Source: Acidimicrobiales bacterium
GTDB taxonomy: Bacteria > Actinomycetota > Acidimicrobiia > Acidimicrobiales > JAHEJN01
Assembly (NCBI GenBank): GCA_024638845.1
Contig: JAHEJN010000004.1
Coordinates: forward strand, 13,748 to 77,747
Direction of reading: 5' to 3'
DNA: 64,000 nt
Shown here: piece after piece, positions 46,249 through 55,800 of the stretch
Layout of the letters: every line of letters begins with the position of its first letter
Numbering within the stretch: position 1 is the first letter of the stretch
Notes under the pieces: model-generated
Seen by the model: the letters and a program-made list of their open reading frames with translations, nothing else
What the model was told of the DNA's origin: nothing
Database searches by the model: none
Position numbers and translations under genes: made by a program

Positions 46249-48279
46249 GTGGCGGCACGACGCGTGCAGGACAGTGCCGAAGTGGGTCGAGGCGGCACGC
46301 ACCAAGCCCGCTACGAGCGTGACGTGATTCGCGATTCGGTTTCCTCGCGTCTCGATCAGCTCGACCTCGGCGGTGCTTCGCTCGTGTTCGGGCGCATCGA
46401 CGTCACCGCCGACGCGATCTCGTTGGCCAATGGTGGCGACGCCGACGGCGACTCGTACTACATCGGCCGCGTCGCGGTGTGGGACGACGAACAGGATCCG
46501 GTGGTCGTCGACTGGCGTGCCCCTGTTGCCGAGCCGTTCTACCGCGCCACCGGGCAAGAGCCGCTGGGTTTGGTGCGTCGCCGTCATTTCTCCACCCGCG
46601 GCCGGACCCTGCTGGGGCTCGAGGACGAGTACTTCGGCGAAGGCAGCACCGAGCGCAGTGCCGCAGCGCTCGAATCGCAGCTGCGGGGGGAGCAGACGCT
46701 GCGAACGTCGCTCGAGTCGGCTCGCACCGGCCGCCTGGGCGACATCGTCGCCACCATCCAGTCCGAACAAGACGAGATCATCCGAGCGCCGTTGCCGGGG
46801 GTTCTGGTCGTGCAGGGCGGGCCCGGAACGGGCAAGACCGTCGTGGCTCTGCATCGGGCCGCGTATCTGCTCTACACACATCGGTTCCCCCTCGAGGGCC
46901 AGGGCGTGCTCGTGGTCGGTCCGAATCGGGTGTTCCTCACCTACATCGAGCAGGTTCTGCCGGCGCTCGGCGAGGCGGGAATCGAGCTCGGTGTGCTCGC
47001 CGATCTGATTCCCGAGACCAAGGTCATGGGACGTGACATCGAGGCGGTCGCCAGGGTCAAGGGCGACGAGCGCATGGCCGAGGTGCTCCGGCGGGCGATG
47101 CTCGACCGCGAACGATCCTTGCGCGAGGACTTCGTGCTCGGGTATGGCCTTCAGCGCCTCCATCTCTCGGTGGCCGACAGCTCGGCGGTGGTGCGTGACG
47201 CCCGGCGCCGGTCGCGCAACCACAACATCGGACGCAAGATCGTCGAGGACCTCGTGTACGAGAAGCTGGCGGCGAGCGCACGTTCGCCGATCGACCCGGC
47301 CGAGGTTCGTGAGTCCGTCCACGGCACGATCGAGATGCGCGAGGTGCTCGAGTGGATGTGGCCCGTCCTCACGCCGATGCAGTTCCTGCACGATCTCCTC
47401 GGTTCGAAGGCGCTGCTGCGTTCGGCGGCGTCCGGCGTCGTCGAACTCGACGAGATCGAGGCGATACACCGGAAGCGGTCGGCCCACAGTGACGACGTGA
47501 CCTGGACCGTCGACGACGTGCCTCTCCTCGACGAGGCCCGCTGGCTCCTCGGCGCCCGGCCGGGGAAGGGCAAGCAAGAGGCGGTCCGAACCTATGGCCA
47601 CATCGTGGTCGACGAGGCGCAGGACCTGTCACCGATGCAGCTTCGCATGCTCGATCGGCGCTCGCTGAGCGGCTCCCTCACCATCGTCGGCGATATCGGT
47701 CAGGCCACTGGCGCCTGGGCCCACGACGACTGGGAGAGCATCCTCGACCATCTCCCCGACAAGCACCCACCCCGACACGCCGAGCTCACCGTTGGCTATC
47801 GCCTGCCCGGACCGACGATGACGGTCGCGGCGAAGGTGTTGGCCGTCGCCGCACCAGAGCTGACGCCACCTCGAGCGGTGCGGGCCGAGGGGGTCGAACC
47901 GCGCTTCGTGGCCACGGAGGCCGACTCGCGTACGGCTGCCGTCATCGATGCCGTCGGCGCGGAGATCGCTTCGGTCGGGACCGGCAACCTTGCGATCATC
48001 ACACCGGCCTCGATCAGTCTCGAGGTCTCCGATGCGCTCGATGCGGCCGGGATCAGCCATGGCGAGGCGTATCGAGGAGCGCTCAACCAGCAGATCACCG
48101 TCGTGCCCATCGGCCTCGTGAAGGGCCTCGAGCTCGACGCGGCGATCGTCGTCGAGCCTGCCCGAATCGTCGCCGAGCAGCGGCAGGGTCTGCGGGCGCT
48201 CTACGTGGCCTTGACCCGTGCCACCCAGCGACTCACCGTCGTCCATGCCGAACCCCTTCCGTGGTTCCTGACCGACTGA
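46249..48279 (+). CDS. helD: HelD-type UvrD-like helicase/RNA polymerase-associated ATPase
   Basis: ...YIGRVAVWDDEQDPVVVDWRAPVAEPFY..., Walker A GGPGTGKTVVALHRAAYLL, VVDEAQDLSPMQ, C-terminal VKGLELDA. GAGGAGG lies 5 nt before the GTG. Confidence 0.8.
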   Translation: MAARRVQDSAEVGRGGTHQARYERDVIRDSVSSRLDQLDLGGASLVFGRIDVTADAISLANGGDADGDSYYIGRVAVWDDEQDPVVVDWRAPVAEPFYRATGQEPLGLVRRRHFSTRGRTLLGLEDEYFGEGSTERSAAALESQLRGEQTLRTSLESARTGRLGDIVATIQSEQDEIIRAPLPGVLVVQGGPGTGKTVVALHRAAYLLYTHRFPLEGQGVLVVGPNRVFLTYIEQVLPALGEAGIELGVLADLIPETKVMGRDIEAVARVKGDERMAEVLRRAMLDRERSLREDFVLGYGLQRLHLSVADSSAVVRDARRRSRNHNIGRKIVEDLVYEKLAASARSPIDPAEVRESVHGTIEMREVLEWMWPVLTPMQFLHDLLGSKALLRSAASGVVELDEIEAIHRKRSAHSDDVTWTVDDVPLLDEARWLLGARPGKGKQEAVRTYGHIVVDEAQDLSPMQLRMLDRRSLSGSLTIVGDIGQATGAWAHDDWESILDHLPDKHPPRHAELTVGYRLPGPTMTVAAKVLAVAAPELTPPRAVRAEGVEPRFVATEADSRTAAVIDAVGAEIASVGTGNLAIITPASISLEVSDALDAAGISHGEAYRGALNQQITVVPIGLVKGLELDAAIVVEPARIVAEQRQGLRALYVALTRATQRLTVVHAEPLPWFLTD

Positions 48280-48328
48280 CTTCCTCGCTCACGGGGCTTG
48301 CCCTGGCCCCTCGATACCCTCTGCAGTC

Positions 48329-49414
48329 ATGAGCCGGCCCGTTACCGAGCCCTCGGCTTCCCGAGCCGCCGCCATCGAAGTGGTCGGCGCGTCGGTGGCC
48401 TACGACGCCGATTTGGTGCTCGATCAGATCGACCTCCGGGTGGATGCCGGCTCCATGGTGGCGCTGCTCGGTCCGAGCGGCTGTGGCAAGACCACGCTCC
48501 TGCGCGCCATCGCCGGCCTGGAACCCATCACCGCCGGTGCCATACAGGTGGGAGGCGAGGTCATGTCCGGAGCCGGCACCCACGTTGCCCCCGAACGGCG
48601 TCGCGTGGGCATGGTGTTCCAGGACTGGGCGCTGTTTCCGCACCTCACCGTGCGCAAGAACGTCGCCTATGGGCTGCATCGCATGCCGGGTGCCGGTGAA
48701 CGGGTCGACGAGGTGATGGCGATGGTCGGGCTCACCGGATTCGACGATCGTCTGCCCCACACGTTGTCGGGTGGTCAACAACAGCGGGTCGCCCTGGCGC
48801 GGGCCCTGGCCCCGAGGCCGTCGGTGCTCCTGCTCGACGAGCCCTTCTCCAATCTCGATACGTCGCTGCGGGTGGAGATCCGAACCGATGTGCATCGCCT
48901 GCTCTCCGACCTCGACGTCACGTCGGTCTTCGTCACCCACGATCAGGACGAGGCCTTCGTCCTGGGCGACGATGTGGCGGTGATGCAGTCCGGACACATC
49001 GTTCAGGTGGGTTCGCCGTCCCAGCTCTACGCCCAACCGTCGGACCCCTGGGTTGCGACCTTCGTCGGTGAGGCGAACCTGCTCACGGCGGCGGTGGCCG
49101 AGGGGTTGGCGGCCACGTCAGTGGGTTCGGTAGCGGTCGAGGTGGTGGGTGACTCGCCGGCAAACGGTCGTTTCGATGCCGAGGTGCTCATCCGTCCCGA
49201 AGACCTCGATGTGCAGCCCGGCGGCGTCGGCGAGGTGCGATTGATCGAGTACTACGGACACGACACGACCTATGAGATCGACATCGGCGGCGAGCTGGTT
49301 CGGGCCCGGCTGGCGTCGGCGCCCCGTTTCCAACGAGGCGATCAGGTCACGGTCCGCTACACGGGTTCCTCGACCGTGGCCTATCCCGAAGTCGGCCATC
49401 TTCCGGCGCAATGA
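48329..49414 (+). CDS. ABC transporter ATP-binding protein (Fe3+/polyamine importer type, with C-terminal TOBE-like domain)
   Basis: [39 protein letters not shown] hexamer lies 8 nt before the ATG. Confidence 0.85.
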   Translation: MSRPVTEPSASRAAAIEVVGASVAYDADLVLDQIDLRVDAGSMVALLGPSGCGKTTLLRAIAGLEPITAGAIQVGGEVMSGAGTHVAPERRRVGMVFQDWALFPHLTVRKNVAYGLHRMPGAGERVDEVMAMVGLTGFDDRLPHTLSGGQQQRVALARALAPRPSVLLLDEPFSNLDTSLRVEIRTDVHRLLSDLDVTSVFVTHDQDEAFVLGDDVAVMQSGHIVQVGSPSQLYAQPSDPWVATFVGEANLLTAAVAEGLAATSVGSVAVEVVGDSPANGRFDAEVLIRPEDLDVQPGGVGEVRLIEYYGHDTTYEIDIGGELVRARLASAPRFQRGDQVTVRYTGSSTVAYPEVGHLPAQ

Positions 49415-49480
49415 CGGCGAATCCGCGAAATGTTAGGCATGCTTGACGTTTTTTGAAAACGACCTCTACCCTTCGCCTTC

Positions 49481-50527
49481 ATGCATCGAACCTTCCCACG
49501 CTTCGTCGGGCTCGTCGTCTCCCTCGGTTTGGTTGCGGCGGCCTGCGGTTCCGACGGCTCCGAGAGTGACGCCACCGGCGACGGGTCCCTCGAAGGTGTG
49601 ACCATCACGGTGTACACGGGACGCGGCGAAGATCTCATCGGCCCGGTCTTCGACCTCTTCGAAGAACGCACCGGAGCGACCGTCGACGCCCGCTACGGCG
49701 GGTCGGCCGACCAGGCGCTGCTCATCGACACCGAGGGCGATCGGTCGCCGGCCGACGTGTTCATCTCCCAGAGCCCTGGCGCCGTCGGATTCCTCGACCA
49801 ACAAGGGCGTCTCGCCCCGCTGTCGGCCGACACCCTCGACCTGGTCGACGCGGCGTACCAGGGCAGCGACGGCAATTGGGTCGGCATCACCGCACGCGTT
49901 CGGGTGCTCGTGTACAACCCCGACCTCGTCGACGAGTCGGAGCTGCCGTCGTCGGTTCTCGACCTCACCGACTCCGAGTATGCGGGTCGGGTGGGCGTGG
50001 CCCCCGGAAACGGATCGTTCCAGGACTTCGTCACCGCCATGCGCGCCGAGCTCGGTGACGACGCCACCGGAGCGTGGCTGGAGGGGCTGGCGGCCAACGA
50101 CTCGCCGAACTACACCAACAACGGCGCCATCCTCGATGCCGTGGCCCGCGGTGAGGTCGACATGGGCCTGGTCAACCACTACTACCTCGCCGAGGCCATC
50201 GAGGAGGACCCCGACATCTCGGCGGTCAACTACTTCTTCCCGGCCGGCGACCTCGGATCGTTGCTCATCGTCAGCGCGGCGGGTGTGATCGACTCGTCCG
50301 ACGATCCGGCGGCGGCCGAGGCGCTGGTGCAATTCCTCCTGTCCGACGAGGCCCAGCGGCTCTCCGCATCGGCCGAGAAGGAGTATCCGCTGGTCGCAGG
50401 TGTGGCCGTTCCCGAGGGACTGGCCCCCCTGGCCGACGTCGTTGCCGTGACCGTCGACCTCGACGTTCTCGCCGAGGGCCTGCTGGGCACAGCCGACCTG
50501 ATCGACGCGAGTGGCATCCAGCGCTGA
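49481..50527 (+). CDS. Iron(III)-type ABC transporter substrate-binding lipoprotein
   Basis: Lipobox LVAAACGSD; ...TITVYTGRGEDLIGPVFDLFEE...VGVAPGNGSFQDFV...VNHYYL. Confidence 0.75.
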   Translation: MHRTFPRFVGLVVSLGLVAAACGSDGSESDATGDGSLEGVTITVYTGRGEDLIGPVFDLFEERTGATVDARYGGSADQALLIDTEGDRSPADVFISQSPGAVGFLDQQGRLAPLSADTLDLVDAAYQGSDGNWVGITARVRVLVYNPDLVDESELPSSVLDLTDSEYAGRVGVAPGNGSFQDFVTAMRAELGDDATGAWLEGLAANDSPNYTNNGAILDAVARGEVDMGLVNHYYLAEAIEEDPDISAVNYFFPAGDLGSLLIVSAAGVIDSSDDPAAAEALVQFLLSDEAQRLSASAEKEYPLVAGVAVPEGLAPLADVVAVTVDLDVLAEGLLGTADLIDASGIQR

Positions 50528-52172
50528 CCCGTCGCTCGTCGTGCAGCTCCCTGCGGCACGGCGGCGTAGCGGCCCGCGCGCGGTGGCCCCGACCACCTCG
50601 CACCGATGGGCGTCGGCGTCGGTTCTGGTCATCGGTGCGCTGTTCGTGGCCCCGTTTGTGTATGTCGTCATCGAGAACGTGCGGCTCGGTGCCGACTTCG
50701 TCGACATCTTCGCCAGCGCCGACACCTGGCAGCCCCTGCGCCGCTCGCTGCAGCTGGCGGTGGCCGTCTCCCTGTCGGCTGCGATCGTGGGCACGGGCCT
50801 CGCCTGGCTGGTCGCACGCACTGACCTCCCGGCCAAGCGACTGTTCGCGGTGCTGTTGCCGTTGCCGCTCGTCTTTCCCTCTTTCGTCGGGGCCACTGCG
50901 CTGATCTCGGGCTTCGCCAAGGGCGGTCTGCTCGATCGGGTGGCCGCACCGCTCGGTATCGAGCTGCCGGTCCTGGCCGGCTTCCGTGCGGCGTGGCTGG
51001 TGTTGACCGTGTTCACCTATCCGTACGTGTACCTCACGGTTCTGGCGCGCCTTCGGCGGTTGCCGTCGTCGGTGGAGGAGAGTGCTCGACTGCTCGGGCG
51101 TCGTCCATGGCAGGTCTTCGTCACGGTCGTGGTCCCTCAGGCCCGCTCGGCGATCTCCGCCGGGGCGCTGTTGGTGTTCTTGTACACGATCAGCGACTTC
51201 GGTGCCGTCCAGCTGTTGCGCTACGACACGCTCACCAGGGTGATCTTCTCGAACAGCCTGGCCGACCGTCCCACATCGATGGCCCTCAGCTTGCTGCTCG
51301 GCACGTTGGCCCTGCTCGTCGTCGCCGCCGAGCGAGGAATCATGCGAAGCGACGTACCCGACGGCTCCAACCGACGCGGGATGGCCCTCATCACGCCGCT
51401 CGGTCGCTTGCGTGCTCCGGTGACTGTCGGGCTGGTCGTGTTCATCGGCTTCGTCATCGTGGGACCGGTGGCGTCGCTCGCCAATTGGACGATCCGTGGC
51501 GTCGCCAGTACCCGAACCTCCGGGTCGCTCGCGGTGAGCGGCGACAGCCTCGCCCCCGCCATTGTGAACACCGTGATCGTGAGTCTGGCGGCGGCCGTTG
51601 TCACCGTTGCGGTCGTCTTGCCCATTGCCTACGCAACCGTGCGGCGCCGTAGTCGTTCCGCCGATGTGGCCAATGCGTTCGTCATCGGCGGCTTTGCCCT
51701 TCCCGGCCTGGTCACCGCCCTGGCGCTGGTGTTCTGGGTGCTCAGCAACGACGTGTTGGCCGGCCTCTACCAGACCTTCCCGCTGCTCATCCTCGCCTAT
51801 GTGGTGCACTTCGGGGCCCAGGGGAGTCGGGCCTCACAGGTGGCCGTGGGTGCGGTGTCGCAGCGTCTCGACGATGCAGGCCGAATGCTCGGGGCCGGGA
51901 GGCTGCGCCGGTTCGTCAGCATCGAGCTGCCGCTCATGTTGCCGGGGCTGGGAGCGGCCGCCGGACTGGTGCTGCTGTCGACCATGAAGGAGCTCCCGGC
52001 CACGCTGTTCCTCGCTCCCACCGGCTTTCGTACGCTCGCCACCGAGATCTGGTTCTCGATGGAGACGGTCAGCTACGCCCAGGCCGGCCTCGAGTCGATG
52101 GTGTTGCTCGCCGTGTCGGCGGTGCTCACCTGGCTCCTGGTGATCCGCTCGGCCGATCGCCTCGACGGATGA
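50511..52172 (+). CDS. Iron ABC transporter permease (duplicated two-domain FbpB type)
   Basis: 553 aa with two permease repeats, each carrying an EAA-like loop (VEESARLLGRRPWQVF; LDDAGRMLGAGRLRRF). Confidence 0.8.
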   Translation: MASSADPSLVVQLPAARRRSGPRAVAPTTSHRWASASVLVIGALFVAPFVYVVIENVRLGADFVDIFASADTWQPLRRSLQLAVAVSLSAAIVGTGLAWLVARTDLPAKRLFAVLLPLPLVFPSFVGATALISGFAKGGLLDRVAAPLGIELPVLAGFRAAWLVLTVFTYPYVYLTVLARLRRLPSSVEESARLLGRRPWQVFVTVVVPQARSAISAGALLVFLYTISDFGAVQLLRYDTLTRVIFSNSLADRPTSMALSLLLGTLALLVVAAERGIMRSDVPDGSNRRGMALITPLGRLRAPVTVGLVVFIGFVIVGPVASLANWTIRGVASTRTSGSLAVSGDSLAPAIVNTVIVSLAAAVVTVAVVLPIAYATVRRRSRSADVANAFVIGGFALPGLVTALALVFWVLSNDVLAGLYQTFPLLILAYVVHFGAQGSRASQVAVGAVSQRLDDAGRMLGAGRLRRFVSIELPLMLPGLGAAAGLVLLSTMKELPATLFLAPTGFRTLATEIWFSMETVSYAQAGLESMVLLAVSAVLTWLLVIRSADRLDG

Positions 52173-52193
52173 CCTCTGCGACTGGTCTTCCAC

Positions 52194-52862
52194 TCAGTCG
52201 GTGGTGACCAGGATCCGCTCGCTGGCGAAGGCGCCGACGCCGATGTGATTGCCGTCGATCTCGACGGTGGTCGTTCCGTCGGGTGAGGTGGCGGTGAGCC
52301 GGCCGGCCCGACCCGGCACGACATGGGACGCCTCGAGGAAGTCGAGCAGGCCCTCGGTGAACTCGAGCTCCTCGGGAATGCGAGAGACCACGAAGGTCGT
52401 TCCGGTCGGGACCTCCGACAACGACACCGTCTCCGGTTCACGGTAGCCGCTGCCGGGAATGGGGTTGCCGTGCGGGCACGTCGTCGGGTCACCGAGCTCG
52501 CGAACGAGGGCCGCCTCGACCGCCGGTGAGATCACGTGCTCCCACTTCCCGGCCTCGAGATGGGCATCGGCCCATGACAGACCGAGGATGTCGGTGAGGA
52601 AACGCTCGGCCAGGCGGTGCCGGCGCACCAGTGCCTCGGCCAGTTCGAGCCCGCTGGTGGTGAGCCTTACCTGACGATCGACCTCGACGAGACCCTCGGC
52701 GGTCATGCGGCGGATCATCTCGCTCACCGCCGGACGGGAGACCCGGAGGCGCTCGGCGATTCGGGCCTGGATGACATCGACGTCGTCCTCGGCCAGCTCG
52801 AAGATGGTCTCGCAGTACTCCTCGAAGGCCGGGTGGTACTCGGGCGAGGTGTAACCATCCAT
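52194..52862 (-). CDS. DtxR/IdeR/MntR-family metal-dependent repressor
   Basis: EEYCETIFELAEDDVDVIQARIAERLRVSRPAVSEMIRRMTAEGLV...RHRLAERFL...EHVISP...CPHGNPIP, plus an SH3-like C-terminal domain. Confidence 0.85.
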   Translation of the reverse strand: MDGYTSPEYHPAFEEYCETIFELAEDDVDVIQARIAERLRVSRPAVSEMIRRMTAEGLVEVDRQVRLTTSGLELAEALVRRHRLAERFLTDILGLSWADAHLEAGKWEHVISPAVEAALVRELGDPTTCPHGNPIPGSGYREPETVSLSEVPTGTTFVVSRIPEELEFTEGLLDFLEASHVVPGRAGRLTATSPDGTTTVEIDGNHIGVGAFASERILVTTD

Positions 52863-52868
52863 GCCCGC

Positions 52869-52878
52869 ACTCTACCGT
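52869..52878. promoter_or_regulatory. Back-to-back -10 hexamers for divergent leaderless dtxR-family gene and lhr
   Basis: ACTCTACCGT: plus-strand TACCGT is 8 nt before the lhr ATG (52887). Minus-strand TAGAGT is 6 nt before the repressor ATG (52862). The intergenic region is only 24 bp. Confidence 0.45.
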
Positions 52879-52886
52879 TGAGCGGC

Positions 52887-55800
52887 ATGGTGCTCGACCG
52901 CTTCTCGCCCGTCGTGCGGGAGTGGTTCACCACCACATTTCCCGAGCCCACGGCCGCCCAGACCAAGGGATGGCCGGCCATCGCCGATGGTGATCACACC
53001 CTCGTCCTGGCGCCTACGGGTTCGGGCAAGACCCTGGCGGCGTTCCTGTGGGCCATCGATCGGCTGGTGACCCGGCCTCCCGATCCCGACACACGCACGA
53101 CCAAGGTCCTCTACCTGTCACCGCTTCGCGCCCTGGCCGTCGACGTCGAGAAGAACCTGCGGTCGCCGTTGCGCGGGATCGCACTGGCGGCCGAACGTCG
53201 GGGCGAGCCCGTACGCGAGCCCACGGTGGGCCTCCGATCGGGGGATACGCCGACCGACGAGCGCCGGCGGCTGGTGCGGCATCCGCCCGACATCCTCATC
53301 ACCACCCCCGAGTCCTTGTTCTTGATGCTCACCTCCAAGGCGCGCGAGACGCTGCGCGGCGTCGAGCACGTGATCATCGACGAGATCCACGCACTTGCGC
53401 CGACCAAACGGGGCACCCACATGGCGCTGTCGCTCGAACGGCTGGAAGAGCTGTGCGACCAGCCCCCGCAACGCATCGGCCTCTCGGCGACCCAACGACC
53501 ACTCGACGAGATCGCCCGGTTCCTCGGTGGTCACGACGGTGGGCGACACCGAGCAGTCACCATCATCGATGCGGGGGTCAGCAAGACCCTCGACGTCGAG
53601 ATCGTCGTGCCGGTCGACGACATGGGCGCCCTCGGCGAGGGCGGTGGCGGCGACGAGGGTGGCCCCGAGCGGCGCAGCATCTGGCCCGCCATCCATCCCC
53701 GGCTGCTCGAGCTGATCGAAGGGCACGCGTCGACGCTGATCTTCGTGAATGCCCGCCGGTTGGCCGAGCGCCTGGCCGCCCGCCTGAACGAGCTGGCCTT
53801 CGAACAGGCGCGTGAGCAGGAAGAGTCCTTCGAACCGGTCGACGACGGTGCCGACCCACCGGCCGCGGTCCCTGAGGTCGTTCGGGCCCACCACGGCTCG
53901 CTGAGTCGTGACCGGCGACTCCAGATCGAGGACGACCTCAAGCGGGGTGAGCTGAAGGCCATCGTGTGCACCAGCTCGCTCGAGCTCGGCATCGACATGG
54001 GTGCGGTCGATCTGGTGATCCAGGTCGAGTCCCCAGGAGCGGTCAGCCGGGGTCTCCAGCGAATCGGTCGCGCCGGTCATCAGGTCGGCCAGGCCAGCCG
54101 GGGCCGGATCTTCCCCAAGCATCGCATCGACCTCGTCGAGGCTGCGGTGGTGCTCGATGGCATGCAGCACGGCCGGATCGAGTCGACTCGGTACCCGCGC
54201 AACCCTCTCGACGTCCTGTCTCAGCACATCGTTGCCATGTGCGCCATGGACGACTGGCCCGTCGACCGCCTCGTCTCGCTGGTTCGACGGGCTGCGCCCT
54301 ACGTCGAGCTCAGCGACGACGTGTTCCGGAACGTACTCGATCTGCTGGCCGGTCGGTATCCGAGCGAGGAGTTCTCCGAGCTGCGACCACGAGTCGTGTG
54401 GGACAGGGTGGCCGATATCGTCGCCGGTCGGCCGGGCGCCCAACGGCTGGCGGTGATATCCGGCGGAACCATTCCCGATCGCGGCCTGTTCGGCGTCTTC
54501 CTGCCCGACGGGACGCGAGTCGGCGAGCTCGACGAGGAGATGGTGTACGAGAGCCGACCGGGCGAGACCTTCCTGCTTGGTGCCAGTACCTGGCGCATCC
54601 AGGAGATCACCTTCGAACGGGTCATCGTCACGCCGGCACCCGGTGAGCCCGGACGCATGCCGTTCTGGCACGGCGACGGGCCGGGTCGTCCCATCGAGCT
54701 CGGCCAGGCGATGGGTGCCTTCATACGACGGGTCCGCGACCAGCGGGACGACGCCTGGCTGGTCGACGAGGTCGGGCTGGACCGGCGCGCGGCAGCCAAC
54801 CTGCGGTCGTTCATCGCCGAGCAGGCCGAGGCGACCGGGGTCGTGCCCGACGACCGCACCATCGTCGTCGAGCGCTTTCGCGACGAGATCGGCGACTGGC
54901 GGGTCTGTGTTCTGTCACCGTTCGGCGCCCAGATCCATGCGCCGTGGGCGATGGCCCTGCAGGCGCGACTCGGGGAACGGTGGGGCAGTGAGCCCGAGAT
55001 GATCTGGAGCGACGACGGCATCGTGTTGCGCCTGCCCGAGGCGATCGACCAGGTACCCATCGAGGACCTGCTGCTCGATCCGGCCGAGATCGATCAGCTG
55101 GTGATCGCCCATCTCCCCAACACGGCGATGTTCGCGGCGCGGTTCCGCGAGTGCGCGGCCCGGGCGCTGCTCCTGCCCCGTCGTCGACCCGATCAGCGCA
55201 CGCCTCTGTGGCAACAGCGCCAGCGGGCGGCGGATCTCTTGCGGGTGGCGGCCGACTATGCCGACTTCCCGGTCCTGCTCGAAACCACGCGCGAGTGCTG
55301 CAACGACGTGTTCGATCTGCCTGCACTCCGCACGCTGCTTGCCGATCTCCAGAGCCGCAAGGTGCGAGCCGTCGCGGTCGACACCGATCGGGCGTCGCCG
55401 TTCGCTCAGTCGCTGCTGTTCTCGTGGATCGCGACGTACATGTACGAGGGTGATGCGCCGCTGGCCGAACGGAGGGCGGCGGCCCTCGCCCTCGATCGTG
55501 ACCTCCTCCGGGAGCTCCTCGGATCCGAGGAGCTGCGCGAGCTGCTCGACGGCGACGTTCTGGTCGAGCTCGAGCTCGAGCTCCAGTTCCTCACCGAGGA
55601 GCGTCGCGTGCACGATGCCGAAGGCGTGGCCGACCTGCTGCGGCGCATCGGGCCGCTGTCACTGCTCGATTTGAGCACCCGCGTCGACGGTGACGCGACG
55701 GCGATGTCGACCTCGCTGATCGACGCCCGTCGGGTGATCGAGGTCGGAATCGCCGGCGAGACGCGTCTCGCCGTGGCCGAGGATGCGGGGCGCCTCCGCG

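Noticed and set aside
49418-49440. IdeR/DtxR iron box upstream of the iron SBP gene (GTTAGGCATGCTTGACGTT).
   Set aside because: By eye only about 12 of 19 positions match the TTAGGTTAGGCTAACCTAA-type consensus, and dyad symmetry is poor. This is too weak to call.
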